DNA of 64,000 nt from an uncultured delta proteobacterium. GTDB taxonomy: Bacteria > Desulfobacterota > Desulfuromonadia > Geobacterales > DSM-12255. Numbering within the stretch: position 1 is the first letter of the stretch; each line of letters opens with the position of its first letter. Under the pieces are notes generated by a model. The model made no database searches, had not been told where the DNA came from, and was given only the letters and a program-made list of their open reading frames with translations. The DNA is taken from positions 352,001 to 416,000 of the forward strand of contig CAWBBV010000001.1 of the NCBI GenBank assembly GCA_963787125.1, given 5' to 3'. Both the position numbers and the translations under genes were made by a program. Positions 56,826 to 64,000 of this stretch are shown here, piece after piece.

Positions 56826-57665
56826 ATGTACAAGCTCCGCCTCCTTCTGAAAAAAATTCACACTCCTATCACGATCATGCTGATACCCCACTCCCGCTTC
56901 AGCTCGCGGAGCGTCAGGATTCCTGTTGTTGCCGCAGCGCTCTTCTGTCTGTTAGCCTGTGTCGGCGCGGTTTTTTCCCTTTCACTGACGATCCAGGCCT
57001 TTGATTATTATCGAATGAAGAGTGAATACACAAAGATGTCCAAAAACTTCAACGAGATGGAGTCAACCATGGCTTCACTCAAACAGTCGGAATCACAGTT
57101 CAGGAAGCTCTTTTCCCTCGGCTCCCGCAAGGAAGTGCTGAAAAACGTGGATAACAGCAGTGAAGATGGATCTATCGATGTGGAGGCGCTGAAAAAAGAG
57201 ATAACTTCTTCCATGAACGCAGTTGAGGAGATAAAGAAATATCTTGCCAAGGAACAGAATGTTTTCCTGACAAGCCCCAGTGGCTGGCCTGCTCCGGGAA
57301 AGATCAGCTCCGGTTTCGGCATGCGGGAACACCCGAAATACGGGGGGCGGAAACTGCATACCGGGATAGATATAACGATGCCGAAGGGGACCCCCCTGCA
57401 CGCAACGGCTGACGGAATGGTCAGCTTTGCTGATAGAAGCGGCGGCAACGGTAATATTGTGGTTATCGAACATGGCCACGGACTTACCACGGTGTATGCC
57501 CACACTTCTAAAAACTGTGTCAAGCCGGGGCAGGCGGTAAAGCGTGGCGACATAATCGCCTATTCCGGCTCTACCGGGATCTCGACCGGCCCTCATCTCC
57601 ATTATGAAGTCTGGCGTGATGGCCAGAGCATTAATCCGGCGCCTTTTCTGGAAAGCAAGAGTTGA
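56826..57665 (+). CDS. M23 family metallopeptidase
   Basis: HTGID, YAH, STGPHLHYEV. Confidence 0.92.
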   Translation: MYKLRLLLKKIHTPITIMLIPHSRFSSRSVRIPVVAAALFCLLACVGAVFSLSLTIQAFDYYRMKSEYTKMSKNFNEMESTMASLKQSESQFRKLFSLGSRKEVLKNVDNSSEDGSIDVEALKKEITSSMNAVEEIKKYLAKEQNVFLTSPSGWPAPGKISSGFGMREHPKYGGRKLHTGIDITMPKGTPLHATADGMVSFADRSGGNGNIVVIEHGHGLTTVYAHTSKNCVKPGQAVKRGDIIAYSGSTGISTGPHLHYEVWRDGQSINPAPFLESKS

Positions 57666-57686
57666 CCGCCAAAAAAGGAGAATAAT

Positions 57687-58058
57687 TTGATGTTCAGCAG
57701 CAAGAAACATCCAAAACTGGAAGTAATAATCGGCAGCGATACAGTCGTGAAGGGTGAGATCAACTCTAAGGGGACGGTCAGGATAGATGGCCGCTTTGAG
57801 GGGAATCTCAACGCTGAAGCGGTTATTATCGGCGAGGGCGCTTATCTTCTTGGTGATATCACTGCCAGGACGCTATTGGCCGCAGGCAGAATTACCGGCA
57901 ATGTGCACTCAAGCGAAAGTGTCGAGATTCAGCCCAAAGGTGAAGTCTGCGGTGATATCTATACATCGAGACTGACTGTTGCTGATGGCGGAGTTTTTGA
58001 AGGGCGCTCGTACATGCAAAAGAGCAGGGAGCTTGAGTATAAACCGTCAGAAGGTTAG
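57687..58058 (+). CDS. Bactofilin (polymer-forming cytoskeletal protein)
   Basis: IG.DT.V.GEI...G.VRIDG.FEG; typical M23-bactofilin pairing. Confidence 0.9.
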   Translation: MMFSSKKHPKLEVIIGSDTVVKGEINSKGTVRIDGRFEGNLNAEAVIIGEGAYLLGDITARTLLAAGRITGNVHSSESVEIQPKGEVCGDIYTSRLTVADGGVFEGRSYMQKSRELEYKPSEG

Positions 58059-58082
58059 GGTAAACAGGACAAGGAGCTTACC

Positions 58083-58415
58083 ATGAGTGATAAAACAGAA
58101 AGCCTTATCGGCAGAGCAGTTGAGATGAACGGCTTGGTAGCTTATGCAAGCGGTTCTGTTGTCAGTCGTACTCTGCTTGACAGGAAGGTCGGCACCATAA
58201 CCATTTTTTCATTTGATGCCGATCAAGGACTGAGCGAGCATACTGTCCCATATGATGCCTTTATCGAGATTATTGACGGCGTTGCCGATGTTACCATCGA
58301 CGGTAAGGTTCAAAGGGTCTCCAGCGGCGAGTTCATCATCATGCCGGCCAATATTCCCCATTCCCTTAAAGCGGTCGAAAAGTTCAAGATGATGCTGGTG
58401 ATGATCAGGGCGTAA
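58083..58415 (+). CDS. Cupin domain protein
   Basis: FSFDA.QGLSEHT.P, MPANIPHSL. Confidence 0.88.
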   Translation: MSDKTESLIGRAVEMNGLVAYASGSVVSRTLLDRKVGTITIFSFDADQGLSEHTVPYDAFIEIIDGVADVTIDGKVQRVSSGEFIIMPANIPHSLKAVEKFKMMLVMIRA

Positions 58416-58417
58416 TT

Positions 58418-59530
58418 TCAGGAAAACCTGATTTCAAGAAAAGTCAGGTCGTCATCCAGACGGATATCGTTTGAATACGTCAATAAAGCTTCGTGTAATG
58501 TTTTGATCTCGATGGGATTTTTTGGATACCCCTGAGATTTAAGAATGTTTATCAAGCCATCAGCTTCTAATAGTTTCCCTGCTGCATCCTGAATCTCGAT
58601 GGCACCGTCGGAGAACATCAGGAGCCGGTCTCCAGAGTCACAAATAAATTCAATCTCATCATAATCGGCATCATCAGCCACCCCGAAAGGCCACCCCGGG
58701 GCTTCGATCACTTTTGTGCATCCATTTGCCTTAAACAGGATCAGCGGCGGCCCGCCGGCAGAGGTAATCCGGACGCTTTTTTGGGAAGCATCCAGAACTC
58801 CGCAGAGCGCCGTCGCAAAAGATTCGTCCTTGACTATCTTGCAGAGTTCACGATTGAGATGCCCGGCGAATTCCGCAGGGTTGACAAGGGTCTGGCTGTA
58901 GCGATCCCAAAGTGAACTCAGATGCATGGTGTAGAGAGCTGCAGCCACTCCGTGTCCCATGACATCCGCGAGAACAAAGCCGTAGCGGTCGGCATCAAGT
59001 TGGCAAATTGCGAAATAATCTCCGCCAACCATGTCGTGTGGTAGATAAATAGTGTCAAAACCGACACGTTCATCTTTTGGCAGTTCATGATTCATGGAGA
59101 GGGTCTGAATTTTTTTCGCGCGCATCAGATTTGCGTAGGTTTCAGAAAAATCGTGAAAAGTTTCGACACCGCCAATTACCCGGCCGTCCGCATCATGCAT
59201 AGGGGCAACAGAAACAGCCATTGGCAGGCGTCCACCCGTACTGGTCAGGCCGAAAACGATGAGCGGTGCGCCACTTTTTTTATCAGTGCGCATGCTGCGA
59301 TGCAGTGGGCAGAACTCCTCACCACAGAGGCGTCTGCCATCTTTATCCACATGGACAAGAACGTTGTCAAGGCAGCGGCGCCCAACAACCTCCTGAGACT
59401 TCCAGCCGGTAATCCTTTCAGCAGCCTTGCTCCAGTAGAGAATTGTGCGGTCAGGATCACAGACATATAACCCCTCGTTCAACGAGTTGAGAATAACATC
59501 TGCATGGGCGAGATTTATTTTTGAGTACAT
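58418..59530 (-). CDS. PAS + SpoIIE/PP2C phosphatase
   Basis: PAS; VGGDYF, ADVMGHG, FSDG, DDLT. Confidence 0.9.
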   Translation of the reverse strand: MYSKINLAHADVILNSLNEGLYVCDPDRTILYWSKAAERITGWKSQEVVGRRCLDNVLVHVDKDGRRLCGEEFCPLHRSMRTDKKSGAPLIVFGLTSTGGRLPMAVSVAPMHDADGRVIGGVETFHDFSETYANLMRAKKIQTLSMNHELPKDERVGFDTIYLPHDMVGGDYFAICQLDADRYGFVLADVMGHGVAAALYTMHLSSLWDRYSQTLVNPAEFAGHLNRELCKIVKDESFATALCGVLDASQKSVRITSAGGPPLILFKANGCTKVIEAPGWPFGVADDADYDEIEFICDSGDRLLMFSDGAIEIQDAAGKLLEADGLINILKSQGYPKNPIEIKTLHEALLTYSNDIRLDDDLTFLEIRFS

Positions 59531-59646
59531 GCTTGACCTCCTGCTATTGCTGTAAGCGTAACATTCCAATCCCCACTGTCAAACTTCTCCTGTCTCGATC
59601 TGGTCACGACGGTCCTGGCTGAACCGGCTCATTTTCTTTGACATCC

Positions 59647-59674
59647 TTGACATAATCCTTTTCCGCTATAAAAT
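59647..59674 (+). promoter_or_regulatory. Putative sigma70 promoter
   Basis: TTGACA-N16-TAAAAT upstream of the hybrid kinase. Confidence 0.5.
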
Positions 59675-59832
59675 GTCTTAACGGGCTGTTTTTTAAGATT
59701 ATTTTGGACATGCTCCCAACTGTTTCCTCACCCTGATAAACAGGATAAGTGCGTTAACGAAGTTATTTTCCGCCTAAAAGCGCAGAAAATAACTCCTAAC
59801 TCACTAAAAGATGAGAAAGAGGTCCGAAAACC

Positions 59833-61785
59833 ATGGAAGAGTCCCTCCGCAAGCAGGAAAAGTTCGCTGAAAAACTGATTGAAAACTCTGCTGCCGCAAC
59901 CTTCGTTCTGGATGCGCACCATAAGGTTATCCTCTGGAACAGGGCCTGTGAAGAGCTGACCGGCATTGCCGCGGCAGCCATGATCGGCACCAGTGATCAT
60001 TGGCAGGCGTTTTATGACCATCAACGGCAGTGCCTCGCGGATGTCGTCATAGACGCGGGTTATAAAGGGCTTGAGGGCCAGTATGCCGACTACGCAAAAT
60101 CAACCCTTGTCCATGATGGTCTGCACGCTGAAGGGTGGTATCAAAATCTCAACGGCAAGGACCGTTATATCCTCTTTGATGCGGCACCCATATATGACAA
60201 CAAGGGGGATCTGCTTGCGGTCATCGAAACCATTCAGGATACAACCGCCAGCAAAAAGTTGGAAGAAACTCACCGCCTCCAAAGCGCGGCACTGCAAGCC
60301 GCCGGCAATGCAATTTTAATTACCGATAAGAACGGCACCATCGAGTGGGTTAACACGGCTTTTACTGCACTCACCGGCTATAGCCCCGAAGAGGTAATCG
60401 GCAGGAATCCAGGGCAGTTTCTCAAGTCGGGCGTCCACGGCGAAGGTTTCTATAAAAGGCTGTGGGACAACATTCTCCAGGGAGAAATCTGGTGTGGTGA
60501 AATAACCAATCGCCATAAAAACGGCGCTCTTTATCCCGAGGAGCAGACCATTACCCCGGTAAAGGATGCCCGTGGCGAGATCACTCATTTCATTGCCATC
60601 AAGCGCGATCTCAGTGAACACCGCAAGCTTGAAGCGCTGCTTAACCAATCCCAGAAAATGGAATCCATCGGTACCCTGGCTGGCGGTATTGCCCATGACT
60701 TCAACAATATTCTCGCCGCCATCATCGGCTATGGTCAATTTACTTTGATGAAAATGCCGGTGGCAGACCCCCTGCGGCACAACATTGAGAGCATGCTCGA
60801 AGCTGCGGATCGGGCAGCCCATCTCACCAAGGAGCTGCTGTTGTTTAGCAGGAAGCAGCCGATTGATAGAAAACCGCTGGACTTGAATCTGGTTGTCGCC
60901 AAGGTGGAAAACTTTCTGAAAAAAATTATCAGCGAGGATATTGCTTACCAGACCACCCTTCACGAAGCCCAACTGCCGGTTTTCGCCGATGAGTATCAGC
61001 TTGAACAGATACTGATGAATCTGGCAACCAATGCCCGTGACGCCCTGCCCCAGGGTGGATCATTTACGGTGACCACGGAAAACGTCACACTGGACAGTGA
61101 GTTCGTCACCACCCATGGCTATGGCAAATCCGGTTCTTACGCGCTGATATCAGTCACAGACACCGGCACAGGCATGGATGAGGCAACGCAGCAGCGGATC
61201 TTCGAACCGTTCTTCACAACCAAGGAGGTCGGCAAAGGCACCGGTCTGGGCCTGGCGGTAACCTACGGCATCATCAAACAGCATGATGGCTACATTACCG
61301 TGCAGAGCCAACCGGGCAGCGGCACTACTTTCAGAATATACCTGCCGATCATTGACGCAAAAACCGAGGAAGAAAGCCTGATAGAGCCGAAAATGTCAGT
61401 GGTTGGCGGTGCGGAGACCATACTTCTCGCCGAGGATGATGAAACCGTAAGGGTGATGACGAAAAAACTGCTGACGGATTTCGGTTATACGGTTATTGCT
61501 GCGGTGAACGGCATGGACGCAGTCAGCAAATTCAGGGAGAACAGCCAGAGCATAGATATGTTGATGTTCGATCTCATCATGCCGCAGATGAACGGTAAAG
61601 AAGCGTTTGATGAAATCCGGCGGGTCAGCCCCGGTATCAAAGCCCTGTTTTACAGTGGCTATGCTCCGGAAGTAATCCGGCAGAAAGTAACCCTGGCTGC
61701 AGGTACCGATCTGATGGCCAAACCTGCTTCTCCGGTTGAGGTTCTGCGAAAAGTGCGCAGTGTGCTGGATGGCGAACGCCATTAA
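59833..61785 (+). CDS. PAS-PAS hybrid histidine kinase
   Basis: [10 protein letters not shown]-box, [21 protein letters not shown]-terminal receiver. Confidence 0.93.
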   Translation: MEESLRKQEKFAEKLIENSAAATFVLDAHHKVILWNRACEELTGIAAAAMIGTSDHWQAFYDHQRQCLADVVIDAGYKGLEGQYADYAKSTLVHDGLHAEGWYQNLNGKDRYILFDAAPIYDNKGDLLAVIETIQDTTASKKLEETHRLQSAALQAAGNAILITDKNGTIEWVNTAFTALTGYSPEEVIGRNPGQFLKSGVHGEGFYKRLWDNILQGEIWCGEITNRHKNGALYPEEQTITPVKDARGEITHFIAIKRDLSEHRKLEALLNQSQKMESIGTLAGGIAHDFNNILAAIIGYGQFTLMKMPVADPLRHNIESMLEAADRAAHLTKELLLFSRKQPIDRKPLDLNLVVAKVENFLKKIISEDIAYQTTLHEAQLPVFADEYQLEQILMNLATNARDALPQGGSFTVTTENVTLDSEFVTTHGYGKSGSYALISVTDTGTGMDEATQQRIFEPFFTTKEVGKGTGLGLAVTYGIIKQHDGYITVQSQPGSGTTFRIYLPIIDAKTEEESLIEPKMSVVGGAETILLAEDDETVRVMTKKLLTDFGYTVIAAVNGMDAVSKFRENSQSIDMLMFDLIMPQMNGKEAFDEIRRVSPGIKALFYSGYAPEVIRQKVTLAAGTDLMAKPASPVEVLRKVRSVLDGERH

Positions 61786-61799
61786 GTTATGGGGGTGGT

Positions 61800-62864
61800 A
61801 TGGAAAAGAAACAAGCAGAGCCGCAGGCAACAGTTCTGGTCGTCGATGACGATTTCCAGGTTCTCGAATCGATCCTGCTTGTGCTCGGTGCCCACGGCTA
61901 CCCGGTGGTTACGGCTGGCAGTGCCGCCGAAGCATTGGAGCGGCTGGATGACCGGGAGGTACAGATCGTGCTCACCGACATCAGAATGCCGGGCATGAGC
62001 GGCATCGAACTGGCCGGTAAAATTCACCAACATGATCCGGATTTGCCGGTGCTTATCATGACCGCCTACGCCGAAACCGATGTTGCAGTCAGCGCCCTGA
62101 AAAGCGGTGCTTTCGATTTCATTTACAAGCCGTTCAATCCGGGCCTGCTGCTGCATGCAATCGGTAAAGCGGCAGCATTCAGCCGGATGAAGAATAACGA
62201 AAAAAACTATCGACTGGACCTTGAAGCTGCAGTGAAAAAAAAGACGGAGGAGCTTTGGGATCTGAACAGAGAGGTCATCCGCCGCCTGACCGTGGTCGCC
62301 GAATACCGTGACACGGATACCGGCTGGCACAACTGGCGGATCGGCCGGTTTTCCGGCATTATTGCCGAAGCACTTGGCCTGTCGACCGCTTTTACAGCGA
62401 CTATTCTGCTTGCCAGCACTCTCCATGATATCGGCAAGGTCGCGGTACCTGACAGTATCCTTTTGAAGCCGGGAGCACTGACTACAGATGAGTTTGCAGT
62501 TATCAAGACTCATTCGGCGCTCGGGGCGAAGATGCTGGAAGGCTCTGCTCACGCCGTCATCCAGATGGCCGAAACGATTGCCTTGAACCATCATGAGCGC
62601 TGGGATGGCAGCGGTTACCCCAACGGTCTGCGGGGAGAAGAGACTCCGATAGAGGGGCGGATAGTCATGCTGGCCGATCAATATGACGCCCTGCGGGCAC
62701 GCCGTCCCTACAAGGAGCCTTTCAGTCACGCGGAAGTCTGCCGGATTATTCTTCATGGGGATGGCAGAACGATGCCGGCCCATTTCGATCCGCAGATCCT
62801 TGATATTTTCAGACAGATGGAGGTTGAATTCGCCATTGCTTTTGAATCGCTGCTGGATCACTAG
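61800..62864 (+). CDS. Response regulator with HD-GYP phosphodiesterase domain
   Basis: VVDDD/TDIRMP receiver; LHDIGK, HHERWDGSGYP. Confidence 0.93.
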   Translation: MEKKQAEPQATVLVVDDDFQVLESILLVLGAHGYPVVTAGSAAEALERLDDREVQIVLTDIRMPGMSGIELAGKIHQHDPDLPVLIMTAYAETDVAVSALKSGAFDFIYKPFNPGLLLHAIGKAAAFSRMKNNEKNYRLDLEAAVKKKTEELWDLNREVIRRLTVVAEYRDTDTGWHNWRIGRFSGIIAEALGLSTAFTATILLASTLHDIGKVAVPDSILLKPGALTTDEFAVIKTHSALGAKMLEGSAHAVIQMAETIALNHHERWDGSGYPNGLRGEETPIEGRIVMLADQYDALRARRPYKEPFSHAEVCRIILHGDGRTMPAHFDPQILDIFRQMEVEFAIAFESLLDH

Positions 62865-62888
62865 GAATTAAGTTTGGCAGGAGCTGCT

Positions 62889-63257
62889 ATGAAAAAGGTA
62901 CTAGTTATTGATGATGATATTCAGTTCAATAAAATGGTCTGCATGATTCTTGAGGACAGCGGTTATGCAGTCAGGTCGGCCCATGATGGCGTTGCAGGGC
63001 TGAAGATGTTTATGCAGGAGCGCCCTGACCTGGTGATAACGGATCTCTACATGCCTGAAAAAGAGGGGCTGGAGACGATCATGGAGCTGCGTCAGGAAGA
63101 CAGTAAGATTAAAATTCTGGTGATGTCAGGAGGCTCGCCGCACATGAACATGGCGGAAATGTTCAATATGGCCGGGCTGTTCGGTGCTGATGCTGCCCTG
63201 CCCAAACCGTTCTCCATGGGAACGTTCCTTGAGAAAGTTAGTGAGCTGATGGGTTAA
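62889..63257 (+). CDS. Single-domain response regulator
   Basis: VIDDD, ITDLYMP, KPF. Confidence 0.9.
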   Translation: MKKVLVIDDDIQFNKMVCMILEDSGYAVRSAHDGVAGLKMFMQERPDLVITDLYMPEKEGLETIMELRQEDSKIKILVMSGGSPHMNMAEMFNMAGLFGADAALPKPFSMGTFLEKVSELMG

Positions 63258-63299
63258 CCGTAGCAGTCCATTCACGGTGAAATTGTTCCGAGGTCATCA

Positions 63300-64000
63300 A
63301 TGAAATCCACGCTCAAAGAACAGCTAAATTCAGGTAGTTCTGAAAACAGTGACGACAAGACAGTGCTCGTTGCGCCGCTCCGTCCGCTCTATCAACTGAT
63401 CCTCCTCTGGACTCTGTTGATAATCGGTTTTGCAGCCTGGAGCAGTTATGATTCTTATCACTCCGAGCTTCAGATTGCCACAGCCGTTGCCCGCTACAAT
63501 TTCAACAAAGATGAGGTTTATCGCAGCTGGGCAACCATGCATGGCGGCGTCTATGTGCCAATAACGGCACGGACTGTCCCAAACCCGTATCTTTCTCACC
63601 TTCCGGAGCGGGACATAACAACCCCTTCAGGCAAGCGGCTTACCCTGATGAACCCGGCGTATATGACCCGCCAAGCGCATGAATTAGGCCTGGAACTGTA
63701 TGGGTTGCATGGCCATATAACCAGCCTCAAGCCAATCCGGCCGGAAAACGCCGCTGACGCCTGGGAGGTTAAAGCGCTTAAAAAATTTGAAAAAGGTGCC
63801 AGCGAGGTCACATCCAAGGAGCTGATTGACGGCAAACCTTATATCCGCTTTATGAAAGCTTTGCTGGTGGAAGAAGGGTGTCTGAAATGTCATGCGACTC
63901 AAGGGTACAAAATAGGCGAGGTTCGCGGTGGCATCAGCGTTTCTGTGCCGTGGGAGCCTTATCAGAAGCAGTTTGTCAGTGCAATGAGCATCGAGTTGGT
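63300..64000 (+). CDS. Sensor protein with periplasmic DUF3365 (Tll0287-like) heme c domain (runs off window)
   Basis: Not in ORF track; read by hand: TM, YRSWATMHGGVYVP, LMNPAYMTRQ, GHITSL.P..P.N, CLKCH, RGGISV. Confidence 0.85.
   Translation, partial: MKSTLKEQLNSGSSENSDDKTVLVAPLRPLYQLILLWTLLIIGFAAWSSYDSYHSELQIATAVARYNFNKDEVYRSWATMHGGVYVPITARTVPNPYLSHLPERDITTPSGKRLTLMNPAYMTRQAHELGLELYGLHGHITSLKPIRPENAADAWEVKALKKFEKGASEVTSKELIDGKPYIRFMKALLVEEGCLKCHATQGYKIGEVRGGISVSVPWEPYQKQFVSAMSIEL

Noticed and set aside
61782..62861. 359-aa minus-strand ORF
   Set aside because: Antisense shadow of the HD-GYP response regulator.

Overview
A chromosomal window whose gene content suggests Geobacteraceae/Desulfuromonadia (an inference, not a database match). 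Positions ~1-20 kb, ~31-37 kb and ~54-64 kb are mostly housekeeping and envelope genes: rimO, a YgiB/YgiC/DUF350-LemA-TPM cluster, hemW, tol-pal-cpoB, tat, tpx, suhB, panE, yceI, hypE, resB/ccsA, M23-bactofilin and a PAS/HD-GYP/heme-sensor signalling cluster. Two accessory regions stand out. (1) At ~20.9-31.3 kb are three large S/T/G-rich lipoprotein genes (one frameshifted), a TPR-glycosyltransferase and a CFI-box subtilase. (2) At ~37.5-53.7 kb, a ~246-bp direct repeat brackets a secreted caspase-like gene and two DUF1566-like paralogues. Next comes a giant Ig/CARDB gene (~3,456 aa once a 1-nt homopolymer frameshift is repaired) whose AT-rich N-terminus closely matches the zinc-dependent phospholipase C motif set. 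It is translationally coupled to an AT-rich upstream membrane gene that may be an immunity protein. Upstream of that is a Y1/HUH transposase bounded by perfect 32-bp inverted repeats with stuttered ends. This last locus is the best candidate for an undescribed system: an N-terminal-tip polymorphic toxin or enzyme on a giant stalk. No CRISPR array, rRNA, tRNA or reverse transcriptase was seen.
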